38,859 nucleotides of DNA from an uncultured Clostridia bacterium (GTDB lineage: Bacteria; Bacillota; Clostridia; Christensenellales; UBA1242), in the NCBI GenBank assembly GCA_947626175.1, contig CANQRE010000002.1:1-38859 (forward strand), given 5' to 3'. The translations under genes and the position numbers were made by a program. Below the pieces are notes generated by a model that did no database searches, was not told the DNA's origin, and saw only the letters and a list, made by a program, of their open reading frames with translations. Below, one piece after another: positions 25,095 through 36,800 of this stretch (position 1 is its first letter; each line of letters begins with the position of its first letter).

Positions 25095-25550
25095 ATGAAA
25101 AAAATCATGTTTTTATTTTTTGCTGCGGTGGCAGTTGTTGCAAGTCTTTCTTTTCCAAGGATAGATTTGTTTGAAATGCAAAATGTCAAGGCAATAAATG
25201 TTGTGGTTGATCAAAAAGTTGCAGTGGACAACAAACTTGATTTCATCGCAAACGGCAGTGATGCAATTGTGACTTTTGATGACAAGGAAAAAGCAAAAAG
25301 CTTTTGCAAAAACAATCAGCCAAAATGCGTTGTTTTTGTGCTGCCTAGCTTTGAAAGAAAAAATGTTGAAAACTTTTTAAACATTTCTTATGCTTTCACA
25401 CAAGAATTGGGACAAAAACAAATTGTTTATGGCTGGAGCAGCAAGGGAATGGATGAAAAAATTGTTGACTGCAAAAAAATAAATGTTCAACTTGTTGTTG
25501 ACGGCGAAAACATGCTTGTTGGCTTTCCAATGATTATGACAGGTTTTTAA
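25095..25550 (+). CDS. small secreted protein, possibly YwmB/DUF1779-like
   Basis: 151 aa with a signal peptide. The C-terminal NVQLVVDGENMLVGFPMIMTGF is reminiscent of YwmB-family ends. The family call is tentative. Confidence 0.5.
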   Translation: MKKIMFLFFAAVAVVASLSFPRIDLFEMQNVKAINVVVDQKVAVDNKLDFIANGSDAIVTFDDKEKAKSFCKNNQPKCVVFVLPSFERKNVENFLNISYAFTQELGQKQIVYGWSSKGMDEKIVDCKKINVQLVVDGENMLVGFPMIMTGF

Positions 25551-25605
25551 AAAATGTGAGTATACAAAATTTTGATTTGGCAATAATTGGCTCAGGAGGT
25601 AAGAA

Positions 25606-26184
25606 ATGGAAATCAAAAAGCAAAACAAATTCTTCACTTTTTTCAAAAGGTTTGGTGCTTACATCATTGCGGGGGTGGCGATTGTTGTGATCGTGATTGC
25701 AGCCACACTTGTGGGAGTTTTGTCAAACAGGAAAACCAATGACGATCACCCTGTTGACACAACGCCGCTTGTGTTTGGATTGCCAACGACAAATGCTTCG
25801 GTGATCAAGGATTTCAACAACACAAAGCTTCAATACAATGAAACGCTCAACAAATGGGAAGCACATTATTCAGTTGACCTGACAAGTGAAGACTCAACAG
25901 TTATGTCAGTTCTTGATGGAACAGTCACCGACGTGTTTTACAAATATATGTCTGGCTACATTGTGTCAATAAAACATGACGATGGATTTGTGAGCGTTTA
26001 CAGCTCGCTTGATGAAAATGTTGATGTGAAAAAAGGCGATGTTGTCAAAAAGGGACAAAAAATTGGATCAATGTCAACATCTGCTGCAGGTGAGGCATCT
26101 TATGGCAAACACGTTGACTTCAGCTTATATAAAGACGGCGAATCGGTTGATCCAAACAATTATATTTCTTTGCAAAACAAGTGA
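25606..26184 (+). CDS. membrane-anchored M23/LytM-domain protein, SpoIIQ-like
   Basis: 192 aa behind a GGAGG SD, with one N-terminal TM segment. The LytM core is HYSVD ... GTVTDV ... GYIVSIKHDDGFVSVYSSL ... KGQKIGSM ... HVDFSLYKDGESVDP. It lies immediately upstream of spoIIID, as spoIIQ does in Clostridia. Confidence 0.75.
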   Translation: MEIKKQNKFFTFFKRFGAYIIAGVAIVVIVIAATLVGVLSNRKTNDDHPVDTTPLVFGLPTTNASVIKDFNNTKLQYNETLNKWEAHYSVDLTSEDSTVMSVLDGTVTDVFYKYMSGYIVSIKHDDGFVSVYSSLDENVDVKKGDVVKKGQKIGSMSTSAAGEASYGKHVDFSLYKDGESVDPNNYISLQNK

Positions 26185-26240
26185 CAAATGCTTGTTTTTG
26201 GCTCCACGATTATGATATAATCATTTCATGGAGGCAGAAT

Positions 26241-26465
26241 ATGAAAGAAAAAATCAAACAGCTTATCGCTGATCAGCTTTGCATCTCTCCTGATGACATA
26301 AATGATAATGCTGACATTGTCAATGACCTTGGGGCCGATTCACTTGATGTTGTTGAAATGCTTATGACACTTGAAGATGAATTTGGAATCAAAATCAAAG
26401 ATGACGAAGTCAACAAAATTCGTTCTGTCAATGAAATTTGCAAAATAATAGAAGCAAAAAAATAA
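26241..26465 (+). CDS. acpP: acyl carrier protein
   Basis: 74 aa from the ATG at 26241 behind GGAGG. The phosphopantetheine site is DLGADSLDVVEMLMTLEDEFG. Confidence 0.9.
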   Translation: MKEKIKQLIADQLCISPDDINDNADIVNDLGADSLDVVEMLMTLEDEFGIKIKDDEVNKIRSVNEICKIIEAKK

Positions 26466-26469
26466 AAAA

Positions 26470-26494
26470 ACGGGATTTAATCTCGTTTTTTTTA
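26470..26494 (+). terminator. rho-independent terminator
   Basis: ACGGGAT-TTA-ATCTCGT (one G-U pair) is followed by TTTTTTTT. Confidence 0.7.
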
Positions 26495-26564
26495 AAAATA
26501 TGATTTAATTTGACATAAAACGACAAATCCCCGAATAGAGATATTTCCAAGGAGGGGGGTTGTC

Positions 26565-26813
26565 GTGAATGAGGGCATAACAAGGCGTGTTTTGCTGGAA
26601 GCGGAATATATTTTAAGCACGAGAAGCACACTTAGGCAAACTGCACATTTGTTTGGCGTGAGCAAAAGCACTGTTCATGTTGACATGTCAGAAAGATTGA
26701 AAAAATTAAATGCAAAAAAATATCAAAAAATTGAAAAAATATTGCTTATAAATTTTTCTGAAAAGCACATAAGGGGCGGTCAAGCCACTCGAAAAAAATA
26801 TTTAACAGCATAA
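26565..26813 (+). CDS. spoIIID: sporulation transcriptional regulator SpoIIID
   Basis: 82 aa with a GTG start behind GGAGGGGGG. It is close to the Bacillus SpoIIID pattern (..A..FGVSKSTVH.D..ERL........I..IL......H.RGG.AT..KY). Confidence 0.9.
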   Translation: MNEGITRRVLLEAEYILSTRSTLRQTAHLFGVSKSTVHVDMSERLKKLNAKKYQKIEKILLINFSEKHIRGGQATRKKYLTA

Positions 26814-26816
26814 AAT

Positions 26817-26852
26817 TATTTGCCTTTGAAATGAAGGCAAATAATTTTTTTA
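26817..26852 (+). terminator. rho-independent terminator of spoIIID
   Basis: An 11-bp stem TTATTTGCCTT/AAGGCAAATAA is followed by TTTTTTT. Confidence 0.8.
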
Positions 26853-26918
26853 ATCAATTTTAATCAATTTTTTGCAATTTTTTGCGTTTTTTTTGCCATT
26901 TTTTTTGATTTTTTTGGC
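26851..26918. repeat. T-rich low-complexity tract with exact 10-bp tandem TAATCAATTT x2 followed by iterated TTTTGC(A/G/C) units
   Basis: Read directly from the sequence. It lies between the convergent spoIIID and ttcA genes. Confidence 0.7.
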
Positions 26919-27623
26919 TTATTTCCACAAATTATAGCGTTTTGGGTGTGTCAGGGCATTGAAAATTTTTTCTTTTGCATTAGGATATATTTCATTCAAG
27001 GTTTTTAAAATATTTTTTGCTTTTTCCCGTTGCGAGAAATGGTCTTTTGGGCAAATGTTTTTTATCACTGGAAATTTTTTCGCCGCCACAATTATGTCAC
27101 TTTCTTCGCACAGCAGCATTGGCCTTATCACCGTTAAATTTGTCCTTGACAAATATGATTTTGGCTGAAGGACATAAAGCCGTCCTTCAAAAAACATTCC
27201 CATTAAAAATGTTTCAATCAAATCATCGCTGTGATGTGCAAGAGCAACTTTGTTGCAGCCCATTTGTTTTGCGGCAGAATTCAACAGTCCTCGGCGCATA
27301 TTTGCACACAGCGAGCATGGATTTTTTTCCTTTCTGATATCGAAAATAATTTCAAAAACATTTGATTTTTCAACTTTGAATTCCACTCCAATTTGATTGC
27401 AAAAATCCTCAATTTTTGAATAATCCATTTTTCCATTTGAAAGATCGATTGCAATGCCCACAAGTTCAAACTTTAAATTTGAAAACAATTGCAGTTGCCT
27501 TAAGGCAAACAAAAGGGTTAAACTGTCTTTTCCGCCAGAAACGCCAACGGCAATTTTGTCGCCATTTTCAATTAAATTTTGGTCGAAAATCAATTTTCGA
27601 ATTTGTGAAAGTATTTTTTTCAT
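26919..27623 (-). CDS. ttcA: PP-loop ATPase, tRNA 2-thiocytidine synthetase TtcA-like
   Basis: 234 aa from the ATG at 27623. It has the PP-loop VGVSGGKDSLTL, the Cys motif PCSLCANMRRG and a later NICPKDH. Confidence 0.8.
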   Translation of the reverse strand: MKKILSQIRKLIFDQNLIENGDKIAVGVSGGKDSLTLLFALRQLQLFSNLKFELVGIAIDLSNGKMDYSKIEDFCNQIGVEFKVEKSNVFEIIFDIRKEKNPCSLCANMRRGLLNSAAKQMGCNKVALAHHSDDLIETFLMGMFFEGRLYVLQPKSYLSRTNLTVIRPMLLCEESDIIVAAKKFPVIKNICPKDHFSQREKAKNILKTLNEIYPNAKEKIFNALTHPKRYNLWK

Positions 27624-27639
27624 AATTTTTTCGCTTTTT

Positions 27640-27668
27640 ATTTTAACAAAAAAAATATTTTTTTGCAA
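27640..27668 (-). promoter_or_regulatory. candidate promoter of ttcA (TTGCAA - 17 - TGtTAAAAT)
   Basis: On the minus strand the hexamers lie at 27668-27663 and 27645-27640. The ATG is 16 nt downstream with no SD. Confidence 0.45.
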
Positions 27669-27692
27669 CTTAATTATAAAAGCCTTTTTTAT

Positions 27693-27722
27693 TTGACAAT
27701 TTTTTCAAATTTGTTCTATAAT
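27693..27722 (+). promoter_or_regulatory. consensus sigma-A promoter (TTGACA - 18 - TATAAT) of the giant gene
   Basis: TTGACA lies at 27693-27698 and TATAAT at 27717-27722, about 80 nt upstream of the TTG start. Confidence 0.6.
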
Positions 27723-27808
27723 CTTATTGTCCAAAAATCTATAATTTTTGCAATAAAAAATTTTATAAATTTTTGTAATTTAAAAATAATAAATTGGGAG
27801 GAAAGTTT

Positions 27809-30800
27809 TTGAAAAGTAAAATTAGCAAAGTTTTCGTTGTTATATTTGGCGCTTTTCTACTTTTGGGTGGCCTTGTTTTTTCCGCATGTGGAAAAAAAGA
27901 AGTTCACGCCACAATTTCTGTTTCCTCTCAAAGTTTTGACGAAAATGGAGTGATCAATCTTGACATTGGCTCAGGAGAGGCAAAAGCGGAAATTTCCGCA
28001 AAGGTTGAAGGCACTTCAGGTGGCAGCATTTCTGTCAACAACGAAAATCAAACAATTGTTTTCACTGAAAGCACTTATGACAGCAAAACAAACGTCACAA
28101 CAATCAAAATCACAGCAAAAAGTGAAGGCGATGCAACGCTTATGCTTCGAGCTCATGGCAATGCGGAGCGAGAAATCAAAGTGTTTGTTTACAGCGATAT
28201 CACTGCCTTGGAGCAAAATCCAGATGCAACAAAGCAATATGTTGTTCGTGGCGAGCAAACACCACTTGATCCATCCAGATATTTGAAATTCACATCGCGC
28301 AAAAATGGCGAAAGCAATCGAAAGGATGTCACATGGTCGCTTCAAACTCAAAGCGAATTTGTCACGCTGGATGAATCAAACAGGCTTACAGTTTCGGAAG
28401 ATTATGACCAATCACAAGTTGTGCTTGTTGCTTCGTCAGTTTACACAAATCTCAGTGCCACAGTAACTTTGGATGTTGTCAAAGCTCTTCCAAAAGAAAT
28501 TGTCCCGGGTTATTTTGTTGGGGATGAGCAAACAGAAGGCCAAGCCTATATTCCAACTTCTGAAGAAGTGGAAAACGCAATAAGCCTTGAAGTTAACAAC
28601 AACAAAAGCCTGTATTTGGAAATCAATGTTGGAAGTGAATTTTTCCCACTTGTTGAGCTTCCAAAAGCAATCGTAAAAATTGACGGGAAGGAAGATTCTT
28701 CAATTTTTGAAATAACTCGCCGCAGCTATTCAGACAAACCAATTGACGTGCAAGATGCTTTCTTTTTCAAGCTAAAGCCAAAAAGTTCAAAAAAAGTTGG
28801 GCTTGTCGAGGTTTGCTTTGAAATCAAATATTCAAGTTACAATCTTTACAGCGTTCAAACAAAGTCGTTTTACATAAATCTTGAACAAATTGTAAATCAA
28901 ATTTCAGTTTCGTCAAATGGCGAAGACCTTGTCGATGGCGAAAAAATTAACATTTATGACCATTATACAACAGTAGGGCAAGCAAATGGAAGACCAATAT
29001 ATGTTGAGCTTGGCCCGGACACAATTCAAAATGACAAAGCAACTTTCAAAATCAAAGTTTCGCCTCAGATTAGCATGGCACTTGAAAAACTAAGCGATGC
29101 ACTTTCAATTGTTTGCATAAGCGATGGCGGACAAGCCAAGGAAATTGAGTTTGACAGGGAAGGCAGCTCGTTTGTGACAAAAAGCTCGCTAACCAACAAA
29201 ACAACAATTTTTGTAAAAGTCAATCAAGAAGCCGCTGAAACATATGACGGAAGTGAATTTAAAATTGAATTTATTGCTGATCAAAACAAAAACGTCAACA
29301 GCGGTTTGACTCTTGTTTGTGGCAGATCTCCTGGCACTGATTTTGTGGTTGAATCAGAGAATTTCAAACCTGAAACACGCGGCGAAAATCAAGTTTATGC
29401 TTATTATTTGCCAATAAACATTTCAAACAGCCAAACTTTCACATTCACAACAAGTGAAGAGCTTAATGGAATAAAAGGTTTTTATATTAAGCCTATTTCA
29501 TCAAATCAAAATTTGTTTAGCGTGAGCGGATTTAGCTTTAATCAAAACGACTTCAATTTCACAATTTCAACAACCTTAACGCAGCAAGAGCTTGCCACCG
29601 CACAAAACACAACATTTGAATTTCAAATTTGCCATGAAAATGGCTTTGTTGGAGTGATTGATCAAACCAACAGCTTTATTATTCAGCCGTTCATTTCAAT
29701 GGAAGATGCTTCTGTCAAGGTTGACAATCTTTTGTCAAGCGGCGTAATCAGGGAAGAAAACAATCAAAACAGCGAGGGAATGGCCGATACTCAGCAAAGC
29801 GGAACAGGAACACTTTCCAATTTGATCATGCAAACAGGCAGCACAGTTGTGCTAAACTTTTTCAGCAATGCCGGCATTGTGGATTTGTCAAACAATGGTG
29901 TTATATTTGTCAGCGGCGAAGGGCTTGATGAAAATCCAACTGCCGGAATGCTTATAGCTGCTTATCAAGGTCAGCAAGGTCAGCCTGACAATGTTGAGTT
30001 TTCGATTGATGGCCATCTTTCAATAAATTCCGACTTCAACGGTTATTGCCTTGTCACATTTAGTGGCTATGATCGAAGCCATGAAGACACGGTTATTTAC
30101 AGAATTTTCCATGTTGAAGCTTACACCGCTCCAACAAGGCTAACTGCTGACGAGCAGGGCGTAACTTTGCCTGCGCTTGACTCGATTTCAACAAGCGAAG
30201 CAAATCTTGCGCGAGCAACAATAAATGTAAGCTACAGGCCGGACAACAAGCCTGTAACTTATGCAAGCGGTGACGCAACGCAACCACAGGGACAAGTCAC
30301 AATTTATTCGCAAAATTATTATAATGATGTCAATGGTGTGCAGCCACAGCCTGGAAAAGATAATTTCAGCGGCTATAAATATATAAAATGTGAAAATATT
30401 ATTGTAACAAACAAATCTATTAGCTTTGACGTTGTTGCGCTCACAACCGATGGCTATGATATTTGGTCAGATCAAATTGTTGTAACCTATGAAGTTCACA
30501 ACAGAAAATATTACACCACAATTGATGTTTTGATTGAAAACGCACAGCGAGTTGAAAACATCCGATGGATCAATGAAACCGCAGACGGCGAAATTTATTT
30601 GGATTTGAACGGAATTGAAAACAGTGACAGGTCTGCAATGATCATAACATCTGTCACGCCGCTTTCTGCACGCAACACAAGTTTGTGTTACAAATTTGTT
30701 CCTGATTCCACCTCCAACAAGGGACTGCTTGATTCTCAAGCTCTTGAAAATGGAATTGTCACAATTGCCCCTTCTTTGACTGAAGGCGGAACAGGCTATG

Positions 30801-33800
30801 TATACATTTTCCCACAGGATGCAATCAAACTTTCATCTGGCTTTGAGCAAATCGTTTATTATGTTGACAACCGATATGGCCAACCTGAAGAAAGAAGTTT
30901 TTCAATTGACAATATTGGCGAAAACTTTGAACAAGCTTTAAATGGATATTTCTATAGGCGTGTTTCAGCAGATGAAATCACGAAAGTTTATTTTTCAAAC
31001 ATCTTAAAACGCATCAAAGTTGTTGTTGCAGATGGTGCAACCGAAGAGCGGGCAACAAGAATTTATGATGAAAACGAACTTAAAAACATTTCTATTTCAA
31101 ATCATTATGTTTTGATGAACAGCTTGACCTTAAACAATTGGCAATCAATTGGATTAGGGCAGGAATTTACAGGTTCTTTAAAGGGATATTCAAGCGACAT
31201 TTCGATCAATTTCGCTGGAGAATCAAATCCTTTGTTTGACACAATCGGCGAAGGTGGAAAAGTTGAAAACCTGAGTGTGAGCGGCTCTGTAAATGGCGGA
31301 GGCTTTGTTGCAAATCAAAACAAAGGTCTTATTCACTTGATAAAAGCAACTGTTAACATAACATCTGGGCAAAACACTCAAAGCGTGACAAAGAGCATAG
31401 TCACTGGAACTGAATATGCCGGCGCAATTGTTGGCATAAACAATGGACTGATTTCATCAGTTAGTGTTGAAGGTGTTGAAATCAGCGCAACTGATTATGC
31501 CGGCGCAGTTGCAGGCTTAAACAATGGCAGAATTGGAATATATAATTCTGAAAATGGCGGCTTTGGCGCAAAAGTTGAATTTTACATTTTCAAAGATGGC
31601 GAAAACACCGCCACCAACACAATAACAGCCGCCCATGTCGGCGGAATTGTTGGCAAAATTTCCTCTAACGGCGTGATTGAAAGCAGCTATGCTTACAATT
31701 ATTCTTCTTTCGATGTTTTGATTTCAGAAAACAAAGGCTCTTTTGCTGCTCAAGCAGAAGGTGAGCCAACCATAAAACAAAGCTTTGCTTGGAATTTGAC
31801 ACCGCAAAACGATTTGCCTGCAGTTGCATCTGGCGATGAAAATGTGATTTATGAAGATGTTTATTTCAATGCGGATGCAAATTCTGACGAAATCACCAAT
31901 CGCTCAAATTGGATTTATCCAGGCGAAATTGGCTACTATGGATATGTAAGAAAATCTGGAGAACAAAACCTTCCATATCTATCCAATTTGTATCAAGCTC
32001 AAACAGTGTCAAGTTTGGATGCAATCGCTGTTCAACAAAACGTGAAAGATGGCGATCATCAAAAAGTTTATGTAAACGGCGCAACAAACATTTTGTTCCT
32101 TCATGCCGTTGAACAAGTCAACTTGACCGGAGCTGAAACAAGTGCTCTTAACGCGCTTAACACAATCAGCCTTTCAGACTTGTTTGAAAGTGACGGAAAC
32201 AATTTGATTGCTTTGTCAAGTAGGTCTGATATTGCCGAAGTTCGTGGCAGCGCATTGATTGTCAAGCACACGGGCGAATTCAAGCTCACAATTTCAGCAA
32301 AACAGGATTACAGCAAATATAGAGAAATTGATTTTGTTGTTTTGAATGCTTTGGATTTGTTTGGCGTTGTTTTTGAAGGAGATGTGACAACTGGCTTCCA
32401 AATTCAAGCAAACAGATCGTCAGAAGTTGAATTTACCATTGAAAACACAATTTATCTTGCAAACAATCCAATTGCCTTTGTTTTGCAACAAACAAAGTTT
32501 GAAATTCAAACATCTGTTGAACAAACTGAAGGCCCTGACAAGTTAACATTCCAGCCAAATGGAATGCAAGCAACATTGTTTGCACAAATAGAGTCGCAAG
32601 ATGGCAAAGCAAAAAGCTTTAATGCAAGTGTGAACATAAAGCTTTCATCATATCCTGACGGCGATGTTTACGATGCAATCAAAAAATATTCGCAAAAAGA
32701 TCTTGTGATAAGTGCTTCCAAGGGAGCAAACGAAATTGGTGTAAGCAACGAAGAACTCACAATTGAGCCATCTTTTAATTCGCAGCTTTATGTTTGGCTT
32801 GACACCGATTATGAAAATGACGACATTGAACTGTCATTTGCCGAAAGAGAACTTTCAGTTGAAAGAGTTGTTTCTTCGAATGATGTTGTAACTTGGCATG
32901 TGAAACGAGGTGGCGACATAATAATGGAAATTGTTCAGTTAACAAAAGGAAATGAATCTGAGATTCATCCACGAACCTATGTTCTCACAATCAAAGTCAG
33001 TGAAAGCTATCGCTCACAAATTTCGGCAGATCAATCATTCCATTTGCAAATTTCATCAAAAAGCAAAACTGCAATAAATGAAAATCGACAAGTTGTCATC
33101 AATTTGTCAAGGCAAAACATCAACTACATTGACATGACAAATTACAAGCCAGGTGCAAATGTGCTTGATGGTAACACATTCTATTACACACGCATGGATA
33201 CACTTACATCTGGCATCTCGCCGGGAAGAACATCAATCATGAATGTGTTTGTTGATCCTGATTATGCTTATTACAAGTATATGACTCTCACTTATTCACG
33301 AAGCGGACAAACTCAAACAAACTTTGCTTTGGGAATCACAAGTCTTGAGTTTGACGGTGGCAAAACTTCATCAACGCGTTACACACAAAGCGCAACAACT
33401 TCAACTGCGCCAGTTCCAAATGGCATAAGGGTTGAACGCAAACAAAATGGCGCTTATGCTTTCTTGATTTATGCGGGAGCGAATATCAATCAAAATTCAA
33501 CATTTATTCTCACTGCGGCATTTTATGATGAAAACGGCATTGAAGTAAAACACAATTCATTCAATTTGTTTGTTGCTGCTTTGCCAATTGCCGAGCTTCA
33601 AGTCAACGGCAGTGATGAGGAAGTTGTTGTTGCAAAAGGCTCAAGTGCAAGGCTTAGCATAATGCTTGACAATGATCAACAAATTGAAAGCTTGGTCGCA
33701 AGCAGCATTGGCGGCTCGGGAGTTAAGGGAATTGAACTCACTCCTGAAAACGGCTGGGAAATCGTTGAAAACTATCAAGGCACCGGCAAAAAAATGATTT

Positions 33801-36800
33801 ATTTGACTGTGAAAGTCAACATTGATGCTGGCATTCAAGTTGAAGAAGAAGGGAAGATAAAATATGTCAACGGAATGTTCCAAATTGAAGCCACCGTTGC
33901 AAGGATTTATAATGGCGTGCGTGAAATACGAAGGTCTTATGCTTATATTGTGATTGCCGATTTTATGCCAGCTCCAGCAGTTCTTGAAAGGGCAGAATAT
34001 TCAGATTCGCTTGATGCCTATGTTTTTGAAGCTTACAACAACATAAATCTAAGCCTTGATTTTGAATATAATTTTGATCCACAAGATTATGCTTATGATC
34101 AAACAAACGATGAAGATCGAGAAGTTGTTGACAAGCTTATGAGCGCAAGAAACGATTTTGCAAAAAATTTGTTCTATTATAACGCAAATTCTGAATTTTC
34201 AATAAACTATAGGGATGGCCAACCTGTTCCGCTCACACAAAGAATTTATGATGCAAACAACAATCAGCTGCAGTTCAATTTGTCTTCAGACGGAAAAACT
34301 TATGTTTATGAAGGCTTTAACTTTAAACTCAATTATGTGATCGGCGAGGACAACGTGCCACAATTCAGTGTTATTGGCCTTCGCACAACTGCCAGCCCGG
34401 TTGTTTTGATTATGCGTGATTTAATCAACATTGCACAAGACGGAAGAGATGTGAACAGATATGTTGACACTCGATTTGCAATCAGAATCACCGATTTTTC
34501 AAGTGGCGATCGTCCACATATGATCACTTCGGCAGAAGAGTTTTTAAGTGTTGACAGTGAAGGCGAAGCTCATGACTACATTCTTATGAATGACATAACC
34601 CTTGTAAATTACACTCCAATAAGTGCAAGCAAGTTCCGCAGCCTTGATGGAAACGGACAAACAATTCACATTGAAAGCTTCAACACATCTGGCTCTGGCA
34701 ATTTGGATCTTGCTCTTTTCACAACAATTCCACAAGCAACGGTTATCAAAAACTTGAGAGTCAACCTTTACAATGGCGGAAACATTGTTGTCAACACAGC
34801 TCCAACAACTGGATATAGAAACATAAGGGTTGCTGCAATTGCACTTGACAACTATGGAATCATCACCAACACTCAAGTTGTTGCATATCAAAATCCAGAA
34901 GCGCTTCGCGTTAACACTGGTGAGCTTGGGCTTCAAGTCACTCTTCTTCGCGGCTCAAGTCAATATTACATTGCAGATGAGTCGGTCACAAGTGAAATTG
35001 CTGGCTTTGTTTTGAACAACCACTCTGAAGGATCAATCACAAATTCAACTGTCGGCGGACAGGAAATTGTTGTTATCGGCGAGCAACAAGGCTCAACCGA
35101 CAAGTTCTATTATTCCACCGAAAAACTTGGCCAGTTCACTCTTTATGGACAAGGCAACATGGCAGGCTTTGTTTTGAACAATGATGGCCAAATTGCATCA
35201 TCCGGCGCAGAACAAATTCAAATCACCAACGACACACATCTCAATTCATCTGAAACAGCAGGCTTTGTTGGCAGAAACACAGGAAAAGTTCGCATGAGCA
35301 TGGTTGCCGGCGTTCAAGAACAAATGGAAACAGGAAGTGAAAAATATTATCTCAGCGGCAGCAACATAAAATCGCAAGGCAAAATTGCTGGTTTTGTGAT
35401 CAACAACGGCGAGCAAGGTGAAATTTCAAATTGCTATTCAAACATAAGCTTGGTGGATTTGTCCAACAACCCAATCAAAGGAAGGACGGCTGCCGGATTT
35501 GTTTATGAAAACAAAAACCTTATTTCAACATCATATTCAGCATCGTTTGTTGAAAAATCGGATTTATTGAACTTGAACTTCTCAGGTGTTGATGAAAACG
35601 GAAACAGCTTGAACACCGGAAAAATTGAGTTGTCATATTATTACAATCCATCAACCGACACCAATGTTGATGACCTTGAAAAGGTGATAACAAATCTTGC
35701 AACTCCAATCATGCAAGATGAAGTTAAAAACAAATCGGCTTATTATGGCTTTATTTTCCAAACATCATCAACAAAACAAGACGGAATTTGGCGAATGGTT
35801 GATCCATCGCAAGATGGCTCTGCCATAGCGCTTGGCTTAAGGCTTGTAAGCAGAGATATTGTCACACTCAGCCATCGTTATTATGTTGGCAGAAGCGACA
35901 ACACATATGATCTTCCTTTTGCACAACTAACAAGTGTCTCCGCCGTTGGAAGGGGATATGACACAACTTATGGCTCAAGCGACAACCCAATTTTGATCAC
36001 TTCGGCAAAAGACTTCAAGGAAGCGGTTGGCGAATCTTCATCCACAAATGTGCGAAAATATTACACCAACACCGAAGTCAAAGGCTCATATCGATTTGTT
36101 TCAGATATTGACATGTCGGCTCTTAATGATGAGTTTGGCAATGCCACAATTTCATCAATTAGCAAAGCCTTCACCGGAACACTTGAAGGAAACGGCTTCC
36201 AAATCAAAAAACTTTCACTTGGCTCACAGGAAGGTGTTGGATCTGTTCCAAACGCAGCAGGCTTGTTTGGGCAAATCAAAGCCCCATCTTCAATTTCACA
36301 GCAAGATCAGGCACTTGTTCAAAATCTTGACATTGAAATCAACAACGTAACGTTTGGAAGGTCAAACATTGTTGGTTCGCTTGCCGGAATGGTGTCCGAT
36401 GCAATCATTTCAAACATAAATGTAACGCAAAACAGTGCATTGGAAAGCATTTCAAGCAGGAAGGGCGTTCAAGGTGGAAACTTGACCGGCGGAATTATCG
36501 GTGCAGTTTTTGGCGAAACAAAACTTAATGGCCTTTCAGCAAAAGATATTGTTGTTCAGTCATCATATTCTTCATCGTCAGAAGACAATGACAAGTATAT
36601 TTCGTTTGACCCACAACCTGTTCGTGAATCACAGGTAAATCAAAAGGGATTCTATGATGCTGGTCCAGGCGGTGTTGGCAGTCTGTCAGTTGCCGGCGGA
36701 ATTGTTGGCTATTATGATGGCTATTTGTCCATTGAACGCACAAGCAGCAGCTTTAACTATCAACAAGGCCTTCAAGCTGAAGCATTTGACACGCAGCGAC

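Noticed and set aside
26495-26564. Sigma-E type sporulation promoter upstream of spoIIID
   Set aside because: The best candidate (ATAAA - 14 - AATAGAGAT) matches the consensus at only about half the positions, so I cannot support it from sequence alone.
26851-26918. Possible CRISPR or other repeat array in the T-rich tandem tract
   Set aside because: The units are only 6-10 bp with no spacers. This is low-complexity intergenic DNA between convergent genes, not a CRISPR array.
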